Shown: positions 7,452 through 16,800 of the stretch, in pieces
Numbering within the stretch: position 1 is the stretch's first letter
Layout: each line of letters starts with the position of its first letter
Virus record (IMG/VR): IMGVR_UViG_3300036798_000096
Coordinates: 1 to 28,984 of that record
Source of the DNA: a virus
Taxonomy: Duplodnaviria > Caudoviricetes
Reading direction: 5' to 3' (one strand)
DNA length: 28,984 nucleotides
Notes under the pieces: generated by a model
What the model saw: the letters and a program-made list of their open reading frames with translations, nothing else
Database searches by the model: none
What the model was told of the DNA's origin: nothing
Program-made: the position numbers and the translations under genes

Positions 7452-9345
7452 TTTCAGCGGTTATGCTACTAAGGCTGGACTCCAATGTTCTGACGGTAGG
7501 ACCATCATGCCTGGTGCTTTTAAACATCAGGATAAAATGCGGGTTCCTCTCGTTTGGCAACATGGTCATTCTGACCCGGAGAATGTTCTTGGTCACACCA
7601 TCCTCGAAAATAGAGATGATGGGGTTTATACATACGGATTTTTCAATAAATCAACAAAAGCTGTTCATACAAAGAGTCTTCTTGACCATGGCGACATTAC
7701 CATGCTTTCTATTTGGGCGAATGAGCTTGTTGAGAGGTCTGGGAAAGTTCTTCATGGAGCAATTAGAGAAGTAAGTCTTGTTCTATCTGGTGCTAATCCT
7801 GGTGCACTAATTGAAAACGTTACAATTCATCATGCAGATGATGAAAACGTTACTCTTGAAGATGAAGCAATTATTTATACTGGTCTCGAAATCGAACATG
7901 CTGATGCTACAGCTAGTTCTGGTGATAATACTGGTAATAATACTGGCGATGGCGAGACAATTCAAGATGTTTATGATTCAATGACTGATAAACAAAAAGA
8001 AGTTCTACATTATATGCTTGCTCAAGCACTTGATTCTGGCGAAGGCGATAATACTGGTGATAATACTGGTGATAACACTGGCGATAATACAGACCAAATG
8101 CAGCAGGATAATGTTAACAAGGATTCCAACAAATCTGATCAGGAAGGTAGCTCAATGACCCGCAACGTTTTCGAGAGTGGCGATAAGAGCCCCAACTCGC
8201 CAGTTATCTCACATTCAGATATTCAGGGCATTGTTGCTGATGCCACCAAGACTGGATCTCTTAAGCAAGCCGTTGAGAATTATGCTCTTTCCCACGGTAT
8301 CAATCAGATTGATACGCTTTTCCCGGAAGCAACGGCTCTTACGACTGCCCCTGAATTCTATACTCGTCGTACTGAATGGGTGAATTCAGTTCTTAATGGA
8401 GCTGGTAAATCTCCGTTTAGTCGAGTCAAGACTCACTGGGCGGATCTTACATACGATGATGCCCGTGCAAAGGGTTATATCACTGGTGATGTTAAGAAAG
8501 AGCAATTCTTTGGAACAGCTCGTCGAGAAACAGCACCACAAACAATTTATAAGAAGCAACAACTTGATCGTGATGATATTCTTGACATCACTGATTTTGA
8601 TGTGGTTGCTTGGATGAAGAGCGAAATGCGTCTTCTTCTTGACGAAGAACTTGCTCGAGCAATTTTGATTGGTGATGGTCGCGATGTAGCTTCTGACGAA
8701 AAGATCAAAGAAGATCGAGTTCGTCCTATTGCTACCGACGATCCAATCTTTACCATTCAAGTTCTTTGTGATCTTGCAGCTGGTGATATTTCTGATTTCG
8801 TCGATGCTGTTATTCAATATCGGTCACAGTATCGTGGTACTGGCTTGCCAACGATGTATACCACTGAGCATCTTATTTCGCAAGTTATGTTGTTGAAAGA
8901 TCAATTGGGTCGGCGCATTTACACTTCATTGGATCAATTTGCTTCAGAGCTTCGTGTAAGCGCCGTTATTCCTGTTGAAGTTTTCACAGATGATAGTACT
9001 GGTTTGCTTGCGCTTCTTGTTAATCCTGCAGACTATAATATTGGCGCAGATAAGGGTGGGCAAGTCAATCTCTTTGATGATTTCGACATTGATTACAACC
9101 AATACAAATATCTGATCGAAACTCGTGTGTCAGGAGCTTTGGTCAAACTGAAGTCGGCGATGGTTGTTCGTCAAGGAACGTTTGTTCCTCCTGATACCGG
9201 TTCTTATGGGCATATTATTTCTCCTGAGCCGCCTAATGCACGACAGAGCGTTCCTCCTGTTCATGGTTCGCTGCCAGATGCAGCAGGAGGTGCACAAGAT
9301 TCTCCAACTAGAAGCACAAAGCCTTCTTCTCCTGAAGGAAGCTAA
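7441..9345 (+). CDS. fused prohead protease - acidic scaffold linker - HK97-fold major capsid protein
   Basis: N-terminal DFSGYA...DGR, PLVWQH, LSIWAN, IREVSLVLSGANPGA (HK97-type protease His/Ser/Glu motifs), acidic GDNT-rich linker, C-terminal capsid (LDEELARAILIGDG; FDDFDIDYNQYKYLIETRVSG). Confidence 0.9.
   Translation: MEADFSGYATKAGLQCSDGRTIMPGAFKHQDKMRVPLVWQHGHSDPENVLGHTILENRDDGVYTYGFFNKSTKAVHTKSLLDHGDITMLSIWANELVERSGKVLHGAIREVSLVLSGANPGALIENVTIHHADDENVTLEDEAIIYTGLEIEHADATASSGDNTGNNTGDGETIQDVYDSMTDKQKEVLHYMLAQALDSGEGDNTGDNTGDNTGDNTDQMQQDNVNKDSNKSDQEGSSMTRNVFESGDKSPNSPVISHSDIQGIVADATKTGSLKQAVENYALSHGINQIDTLFPEATALTTAPEFYTRRTEWVNSVLNGAGKSPFSRVKTHWADLTYDDARAKGYITGDVKKEQFFGTARRETAPQTIYKKQQLDRDDILDITDFDVVAWMKSEMRLLLDEELARAILIGDGRDVASDEKIKEDRVRPIATDDPIFTIQVLCDLAAGDISDFVDAVIQYRSQYRGTGLPTMYTTEHLISQVMLLKDQLGRRIYTSLDQFASELRVSAVIPVEVFTDDSTGLLALLVNPADYNIGADKGGQVNLFDDFDIDYNQYKYLIETRVSGALVKLKSAMVVRQGTFVPPDTGSYGHIISPEPPNARQSVPPVHGSLPDAAGGAQDSPTRSTKPSSPEGS
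7921..7950 (+). repeat. 12-nt in-frame repeat (GDNT/GNNT), 2.5 copies
   Basis: ggtgataatact ggtaataatact ggcgat. Confidence 0.8.
8044..8091 (+). repeat. 12-nt in-frame tandem repeat (GDNT x4)
   Basis: ggcgataatact ggtgataatact ggtgataacact ggcgataataca. Confidence 0.9.
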
Positions 9346-9364
9346 TTGAGCTAAAGGAGTTCTG

Positions 9365-9694
9365 ATGGCACGGTTCTTTGGAGAGGTTGGCTACGGTGAT
9401 TCTGTAGAAATACCAATTAATTCTGGTGTTTATGAAGATGTCATCACTGAAGTTTCATATTATGGTGATGTAATACGAAACACAAGAAAGTTGGAACCCG
9501 GAGAAAGCCTAAACGATGATATAACTGTCGTTAATTCGATTAGTATTGTCGCTGATGAATATGCCACTGAACATTTCTTTAAAATCAAATACATAAGATG
9601 GATGGGGACTCTTTGGATAGTCAAAAATGTTGAAGTAAGGAGCCCCCGTCTCATCCTGAGTTTAGGGAGTGTTTATAATGGGCAAACGCCTTGA
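9365..9694 (+). CDS. head-to-tail stopper / head closure protein
   Basis: SD AAGGAG, position after the capsid gene, beta-rich 109 aa (ISIVAD.YA...F..I.Y..W.G..W.V). Confidence 0.7.
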   Translation: MARFFGEVGYGDSVEIPINSGVYEDVITEVSYYGDVIRNTRKLEPGESLNDDITVVNSISIVADEYATEHFFKIKYIRWMGTLWIVKNVEVRSPRLILSLGSVYNGQTP

Positions 9695-9983
9695 TCTTCA
9701 AGCTCTTTTAGTTAATATTTCAGGTACTGATAATGTATATTTTCAACCACCTCCTACTGTGCAAATGAAATATCCATGTATTGTTTATCATCGTGATTAT
9801 GAGCAATTTAATCATGCTGATGACATTCCTTATATGCGCAGAAGACGTTATATGGTAACAGTTATTGATAAAAATCCTGATAGTGATATTCTTGATAAGA
9901 TTTCGGAATTGCCATTATGTGCGTATGATCGGTTTTATACAATAGATAATCTAAATCACGATGTTTACAAGCTTTTCTTTTAA
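9678..9983 (+). CDS. tail terminator / completion protein
   Basis: NVYFQPP...YPCIVY motif, directly upstream of the major tail gene. Confidence 0.75.
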   Translation: MGKRLDLQALLVNISGTDNVYFQPPPTVQMKYPCIVYHRDYEQFNHADDIPYMRRRRYMVTVIDKNPDSDILDKISELPLCAYDRFYTIDNLNHDVYKLFF

Positions 9984-9994
9984 GGAGAAATAAA

Positions 9995-10861
9995 ATGCCC
10001 GCACTAGTTTGGGATCTTGTTGGCGAACGTTTTTATGAAACTGGCGTCGACCACGGAGTCCTTTACATTCCGGATGAGCAAGGTGTGTATTCGCAAGGGG
10101 TTTCTTGGAATGGTCTTACGACTGTAACAGAAAGTCCTAGTGGAGCTGAACCAAATGCTCAATATGCTGATAACGTTAAGTATCTAAACCTCATTTCAGT
10201 TGAAGAATTTGGCGCTACAGTGGATGCGTTTACTTATCCTCCTGAATTTGCGCAATTCGATGGTCTTGGTATTCCTACACCAGGTGTATTTGTTGGACAG
10301 CAGCCTCGTAAGACTTTTGGTTTATCTTATCGAACAAGAATGGGTAATGATCTTGTTGGAGATGCTTTTGGTTATAAGCTTCATCTAGTTTATGGATGTA
10401 TTGCTACTCCATCTGAGAAGGCTTATAATACAGTCAATGATTCTCCAGAAGCAATCGCATTTAGTTGGACTATTTCTACAACTTCTGTTCCTGTAACAGG
10501 GTTTAAACCAACCTCTTTGCTGGTTGTAGACACTACCACTGTTGACCCAACTGGTTTAACCAGTCTTGAAGATGAACTATATGGTAATGCAACTGTTGAA
10601 GCCCATCTTCCTCTTCCTGATGAGGTCATTGCTCTTCTAAACCCTAATCCCGCTACAGGTGCAACTTCCGGTACTCCTGGTACATGGACTCCTGCTGGAT
10701 CTGCTCCTCCAGCATCTGTAGCAGCTTTGCAAGTAGGAGGAGTTGCTGCTACACCTGCAACAGCTTGGGCAACTGGCGAATATGTTCAAACTGGAACTAC
10801 TGGTGCTGCAGGTAGAGCTTATTGGGATGGAGCAGCTTGGGTTGTTGGCAGTGCTCCTTGA
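9995..10861 (+). CDS. major tail protein with C-terminal Ala/Thr/Gly/Trp-rich extension
   Basis: WD..GER.YETGVDHGVLY, WNGLT.V.ESPSG, YADNVKY, FGLSYRT, GYKLHLVY, TVNDSPEAI.FSW. Confidence 0.9.
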   Translation: MPALVWDLVGERFYETGVDHGVLYIPDEQGVYSQGVSWNGLTTVTESPSGAEPNAQYADNVKYLNLISVEEFGATVDAFTYPPEFAQFDGLGIPTPGVFVGQQPRKTFGLSYRTRMGNDLVGDAFGYKLHLVYGCIATPSEKAYNTVNDSPEAIAFSWTISTTSVPVTGFKPTSLLVVDTTTVDPTGLTSLEDELYGNATVEAHLPLPDEVIALLNPNPATGATSGTPGTWTPAGSAPPASVAALQVGGVAATPATAWATGEYVQTGTTGAAGRAYWDGAAWVVGSAP

Positions 10862-10879
10862 TTAATAGGAGGTTGGAGA

Positions 10880-11422
10880 ATGCTCAAGATAATTATTCTT
10901 GGAGAAGAATACTTTAATGAGAAGACAGAAACTTTCGAATCTGTTGGAGATTTCGAATTAAAGTTAGAGCATTCTCTGATCTCACTGTCAAAATGGGAGT
11001 CAAAACACCAAATTCCGTTTTTAACAAATCAAGCTAAAACTACTAAAGAAATTTTTTCGTACATTGAGTCGATGATTATCACTAAAAATTATCCAGAAAA
11101 TTTGTTTAATAGACTTAGCAGACAAAATATAGAAGATATTAATAAGTATATTGAATCTAAAGAATCAGCTACAACTTTTGGTTCAATGCCTGAACGAAAA
11201 GGAAGAGGCGAAGTAATCACTGCAGAATTAATTTATTATTGGATGGTAGCATTTAACATTCCATTCGAATGTGAAAAATGGCATCTTAATAGATTATTCG
11301 CTTTAATACGTATTTGCAATATAAAGAATACGAAACCAACAAAAATGAGTCGAAATGAGCTGGCTCAAAGAAATAGAGAACTCAATGATCGAAGGCGGGC
11401 AGAATTTAACACAAGAGGTTGA
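10880..11422 (+). CDS. putative tail assembly chaperone
   Basis: Follows the major tail gene. LEHSLISLSKWESK...ITAELIYYWM...IPFECEKWHLNRL pattern. Confidence 0.6.
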   Translation: MLKIIILGEEYFNEKTETFESVGDFELKLEHSLISLSKWESKHQIPFLTNQAKTTKEIFSYIESMIITKNYPENLFNRLSRQNIEDINKYIESKESATTFGSMPERKGRGEVITAELIYYWMVAFNIPFECEKWHLNRLFALIRICNIKNTKPTKMSRNELAQRNRELNDRRRAEFNTRG

Positions 11423-11433
11423 ATGGAGTTCAA

Positions 11434-12261
11434 ATGACTGCACTTGTTTGGGATGAAACTGGGAAACACTTTTATGAGACTGCTGTAAGTAAGGGCGTTT
11501 TTTATGATTCATCTGGTAATGGAACCTCTTGGAACGGTCTTACTTCTATTGAAGAAAATGTATCAAATTCGGTTCAACCAATTTATTTTGACGGAATTAA
11601 ATTTAATGATATTGTAACAAATGGAGATTTTTCTGGAATTTTAAAAGCTTGGACTTATCCAGATGAATTTCTACCATATGAAGGTATTATGGAAGAACAA
11701 ACTGGTTTTTTTATTTCAGATCAACCAGTAAGTCGATTTGGTTTATCATATCAAACTAAAATTGGAAATGACATTAATGCATTAGATTATGGTTATAAAA
11801 TACATCTTTTATATGGATTAACTGCTCTTCCATCACAAAGAATATATCAAACTTTATCGCATGATATAAATCCAATAGAATTTGAATGGGCTATTACTGG
11901 AATACCTCAATTTATTGAAAATTATAGACCAACAGTTCATGTTATATTTGATAGCACTAAGTTAGATAAATGGTTGCTTGAAGATTTAGAGGGAATTATT
12001 TATGGAGATGAAGATAGTGATGCATATCTTCCGCCATTAAAAAGTCTAGCTACTTTTATTAGAAAGTGGGATAGACTTATCATTACTGATCACGGTGATG
12101 GAACATGGACTGCAGAAACTCCTCGTGAAGATCAAATTATTATGCTTGATGATACAACCTTTGAAATTACAGCTGATACGGCAATTTATTTAGATCCGGA
12201 TACTTACCAGATAAGTAGTAGTGACAAAAATGAGGAGGATGTAGAATCATGGCGACGGTAA
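11434..12261 (+). CDS. second major-tail-protein paralogue (minor tail tube protein)
   Basis: Colinear similarity to 9995..10861: ALVWD..G..FYET.V..GV.Y, SWNGLT, A.TYP.EF, FGLSY.T..GND, GYK.HL.YG. Confidence 0.85.
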   Translation: MTALVWDETGKHFYETAVSKGVFYDSSGNGTSWNGLTSIEENVSNSVQPIYFDGIKFNDIVTNGDFSGILKAWTYPDEFLPYEGIMEEQTGFFISDQPVSRFGLSYQTKIGNDINALDYGYKIHLLYGLTALPSQRIYQTLSHDINPIEFEWAITGIPQFIENYRPTVHVIFDSTKLDKWLLEDLEGIIYGDEDSDAYLPPLKSLATFIRKWDRLIITDHGDGTWTAETPREDQIIMLDDTTFEITADTAIYLDPDTYQISSSDKNEEDVESWRR

Positions 12262-13127
12262 CTGGATTCACTGCTGAACGTATGCTTGTAATTGAAAATG
12301 AAACTGTTGTAGATGGTGAGGTTCAAGGTGATAATCTTCTACTTGCTCGGCGAGATGGTGTGCAAATAGATGCAGGAAATGTTCGTGGGCCTAAAGGAGA
12401 TAAAGGGGATACTGGAACTCCTGGAGTAATTACTTCTGTTAATGATATTTCAACACCTTCTGTTTACAGTCCTCGAGTTTTTCAAAATAAAATTGCGATA
12501 GATGATTGGAGTACTGCCCCAAACGGATCGATAGCTATTGCTCTTGATACTGGTATTATTTGGGAGAAAGATAATACTGGTGTTTGGTTTATAGTAAATA
12601 GCCCATTACCACCACCAACAACTAGTTCAACAATTCAATCTTACACTGATCCATTTGGAGAAGTATGGATAGCTAAGTCAACTGTGCATGCCGGAGCTTG
12701 GAAGCGAGCTCGTGATGTATTACATGCCAGATGGTGGCGTAATGCTGGAGGCACCCTCACGACTACTCATACCGTCATCGGTTTTGACACAATGAACTTC
12801 GATGCCTATGGAATTCTTGTTAGCCAGCGGCATTTTTTGATTCCAATTCCTGGTATTTATCACTTTGAGAATATGGTAACAGGAGTGCCGCCTACAGCTG
12901 GAGTTTATGTACAGGCTATTGTTCAGATTAATGGGGTTTTGATTAAAGCTAATAATGTATACTCGCAAGGTGTAAATAATAGTGACACGGCTTCAGTAAG
13001 TGATCTTTTAAAGTTGAATTCTGGAGATCAAGTGACCACTTCAGCACGATGTGGTTCAGCAACATGTACTGTAACACCAGGATCAGGAAATACCAGTATG
13101 AGTATCAGTTATAATGGCACTGGATAA
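12249..13127 (+). CDS. tail fibre / receptor-binding protein with collagen-like stretch and C1q/TNF-like C-terminal domain
   Basis: GPKGDKGDTGTPG. C-terminal IGFD....D..G.....F.IPIPGIYHF...LKLNSGDQV matches the C1q-like signature. Confidence 0.75.
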   Translation: MATVTGFTAERMLVIENETVVDGEVQGDNLLLARRDGVQIDAGNVRGPKGDKGDTGTPGVITSVNDISTPSVYSPRVFQNKIAIDDWSTAPNGSIAIALDTGIIWEKDNTGVWFIVNSPLPPPTTSSTIQSYTDPFGEVWIAKSTVHAGAWKRARDVLHARWWRNAGGTLTTTHTVIGFDTMNFDAYGILVSQRHFLIPIPGIYHFENMVTGVPPTAGVYVQAIVQINGVLIKANNVYSQGVNNSDTASVSDLLKLNSGDQVTTSARCGSATCTVTPGSGNTSMSISYNGTG

Positions 13128-13142
13128 AAAAAGGAGCGATTT

Positions 13143-13481
13143 ATGAGCTATCAAAGTCAAGCCCAATTAGAAGCAGATTATTGGTTTCAACAAAGAGCTC
13201 GAGCAACCGCTATTCAACAAGCATATATATTCAAAGACGATCAACGACAATCATGGAAATCAGTGGCAGAAGGAATATTACGTGATGATAGTGGTTTATC
13301 TGCTACTTTTATTCGGTTGGATGCGGCCGGTCCTGGAATTGCTGACAAGGTAGACAATGGAGACGGCACTATTAATCAAGAAAATGTAACTGATGGCGAT
13401 CTTCTTAGCCTAACTCAAGCCAGTTGGCCTATAGTATCAGATTTATATTTCAACGAAGATGGTACTCCTATTGGAGGATAG
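13143..13481 (+). CDS. hypothetical protein, possibly fibre-associated
   Basis: SD AAGGAG, 112 aa, directly after the fibre gene. Confidence 0.75.
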   Translation: MSYQSQAQLEADYWFQQRARATAIQQAYIFKDDQRQSWKSVAEGILRDDSGLSATFIRLDAAGPGIADKVDNGDGTINQENVTDGDLLSLTQASWPIVSDLYFNEDGTPIGG

Positions 13482-13486
13482 ATACT

Positions 13487-13864
13487 ATGATATCTGCCAG
13501 CGTATCAGGATCGTTTAGCAAAACCGAAAAGTTTTTAGATTTCTTAAAAACCGATAAAATGTTTAGTGGTTTGCCTGCTGGTGGACGTCAAGGTGTGGAT
13601 GCCCTTTCAAGAGCTACTCCAAGAGAAACTGGTTTGGCAGCTAGTTCTTGGGGTTATGAAATTGTTAAAGAATCAGGATTGCGTAGAATTTGGTGGTACA
13701 ACACTGATATAGAAGGCGGCGTAAACGTTGCTGTGCTTATTCAGTATGGCCATGGAACCGGAACTGGTGGTTATGTTCCTCCTAGAGACTATATTAATCC
13801 AGCAATGAGATCAGTATTTGATAATTTGGTTGATTATGTTTGGAAGGAGGTGGAAAATGGCTAG
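13487..13864 (+). CDS. HK97 gp10-like neck/tail component
   Basis: SD GGAGG, ATP.ETG..A.SW, A.LIQYGHGT.TGGYVPPRDYINPA. Confidence 0.75.
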   Translation: MISASVSGSFSKTEKFLDFLKTDKMFSGLPAGGRQGVDALSRATPRETGLAASSWGYEIVKESGLRRIWWYNTDIEGGVNVAVLIQYGHGTGTGGYVPPRDYINPAMRSVFDNLVDYVWKEVENG

Positions 13865-16800
13865 TGTTGATGAACGTGTTGTCAAGATGACCTTTGACAA
13901 CGCTTCGTTTGAAAGAAGAATAAGCTCTACAATTGACAGTATAAATCAATTGGATAAAGCTCTTCAACTTAAAGGCGCTGCAAAAGGAATTTCAGAAGTT
14001 GGAGACGCCGCCGATCATGTAAATTTGGGTGGAATGGCTGATGCTGTTGAAAACATTAGTCATAAATTCTCTGCTCTAGGTGCAATTGGATTTAGTGTTA
14101 TTCAAACCCTTACCAATAAAGGTTTGGGGTTTATAGAAAACGTAGGTAAGAAAGCTTTAGGATCTATATTTGAAGGCGGTACCACAAGAGCTAAGAATCT
14201 CGAGCAAGCAAGATTCTTATTTGAAGGTCTTGGCGCTGATGTAGAAGCATCAATGGAAAGCGCAAGAAAAGCTGTAGTAGGAACAGCATATGGTCTTGAC
14301 GAAGCTGCTAAGACTGCTGCTCAGTTTGGTGGTTCTGGAATTAAAGCTGGCGACGAAATGACAGCTGCCCTTCGTGGTGTTGCTGGTGTTGCTGGAATGA
14401 CTGGTAGTTCGTTCTCCGAAATATCCGATATTTTCACTGCTGCTGCCGGCCAGGGCAAAGTAACTGGTTATACCCTAGAACGAATCTCAATGCGAGGCAT
14501 AAATGTTGCCGCACAATTGGGAAAACAGTTGGGAAAGACAGAACCGCAAATTCGTCAAATGGCTCGAGATGGCGAGATTGACTTTAAAACCTTCGCTAAG
14601 GCTATGGACGACGCCTTTGGTAAGCACGCGCAGGAAGCTAATAAGACATATGTAGGTTCTTTAGCTAATATGAAAGCGGCCTTGTCTAGGCTTGGCGCTG
14701 CTTTTATGACCCCCCATTTGACGCAGCAAAGAGATTTGTTTAATGCTATTTCACCTAAGGTGGATGATTTTACAAAGGCGATGAAGCCTCTTATTAAAAC
14801 ATTTATGGATCTAAAAGGTGTTGCTACTGGAAATCTTATTAAAACGATAAATGGTCTTAGTTTTGCTAATTTAACTAAAGCAATTCCAAATTTTTCTGCT
14901 GGACTTAAAGAATTGTACCAATCATTTTCTAAACTTCTCAGCATTGTCGGAAAATCATGGAAACAAGTTTTTCCTTCATCATCAACTTCAATTATAATTA
15001 CTCTTGCGAATGCTTTTAAGAAGCTAGCCGATCATCTTACAATATCTGGAGATGCAGCCAAGAAAATTGGAAGTATATTTACAGGCGTATTCTCTATTTT
15101 AAAGATTGCTTGGACGATTGTAAAAGAAGGTATAAAATTTATTGCTTCATTGGTTGGCGAAATTCTTGGTCTTGGTGGAGGACCGGTTGTTGATATATTT
15201 GTGAAAGTTGCAGATTTCTTCACTGCTTTGCAAAAGGGTGTTGCATCTCCTGGTAACATAAAGAAATTCTTTCAGACTTTAACTGACGCTGTTAAAATGC
15301 CAATTGATTTTATCAAAGATCTTAAAGATAAAATTATTGATTTCTTTAAGAGCGATCCTGTTGATAAAGTTTCACCAGCTTTTGGTAGAGTTGGCGATAG
15401 ATTTTCTTCATTAAAAGATGGTTTAAGCAAACTAGGGGATATTTGGGCGCCATTATCAAAAGCTTTAGGACGAGTTGGTGAAGTTCTTAATACTGCTTTG
15501 CAAGCAATTGGTAGATTCTTTAAGGATCTTGGCAAGAATATTGCTTCGTTTATGAAGTCTGGTGACTTTAAGCCAGTTCTCGATACAATAAATACTGCCC
15601 TCCTTGGTGGAATCACTTTGATTATTGCGAGATTTCTTAAGGGTGGAATTAATATTTCTATTGCGCAAGGACTTATGGATAAAATTGGCGGTATATTTGA
15701 TCAACTTACTGGCGTGCTTAAAGCAATGGAAACAAATATTAACGCCGGAACTTTGATGAAAATTGCTGAAGCCATGGGTATATTAACGCTTTCTGTCATT
15801 GCTCTTTCTTTGATTGATTCTGTTGCACTGACTAAAGCTTTGACAGCGATGGCCGTTGGTTTTGGTGAATTACTTGGCGCGTTTGCTATTTTACAGAAAG
15901 TAACTGGAACCGCAGGAGCAGGAAAATTTGTTGCTATTGCTCTTGGATTGCAAATTCTTGCTGGAGCAATGTTAACTCTTTCCTTGGCGGTTGCGCTTCT
16001 TGCTCAACTTAGTTGGAATGATCTTGAAAAAGGTATGGGCGCAATAATTCTTTTGCTTGGTTCAATGGTTGGAGTATCACTTCTTCTTGAAGGGAAAGGT
16101 CCTGCTTTAGCTGCGGCAGGTCTTGGAATTGTAGGAATTGCAACCGGAATAGCCATCTTGGCTGGAGCTGTAAAGCTTTTTGGAACTATGAGTTACGAAG
16201 CGATTGGTAAAGGCTTGGCCGGTGTTGCTGGTGGTCTTCTTGTAATTGCCGCAGTTATGAAACTTATGCCTCTAACTATGCCGCTTATAGGTGCTGGACT
16301 ACTAATGGTTTCATTTAGCTTGGATATTTTAGCTGGCGCAATGAAAAAGATGGCAAGTATGTCTTGGGGAGAAATTGGTAAAGGTTTGGCTGGAATTGCC
16401 GGAGCTTTACTAGCCATTGGTTTGGCAATGAACCTTATGCCATCAAACATGATAGTTACTGCTGCAGGATTGCTTCTTGTAAGTATTGCCTTGCAAGGTA
16501 TAGCTAAAGCTTTGGCAAGTGTAGGAAGTTTGTCTTGGGGAAGTATAGCTAAAGGTTTGGCTGGAATTGCGGCAACTTTGATTCTTCTTGCAGCAGCGAT
16601 GTACATTATGCAAGAGACCATTCTTGGCGCTGTTGCTATCGGCATTGCCGCTGCCTCATTGATGCTTCTTGCTGGTGTTGTTAAAGCATTTGCTGGGATT
16701 AGTTGGGGCGATTTGCTTCACGGTCTTGGTGGAATTGCTATATTGCTTCTTGGAATTGCTCTTGCTGCCCTGGCAATTGAGCCCGCTGTTCCTGCAATGC

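Noticed and set aside
10880-11434. Programmed -1 frameshift in the tail assembly chaperone
   Set aside because: No convincing XXXYYYZ site near the 3' end, and the next gene is an MTP paralogue with its own start rather than a G-T extension
12249-13127. Diversity-generating retroelement target in the fibre gene
   Set aside because: No reverse transcriptase and no template/variable repeat pair seen in the window
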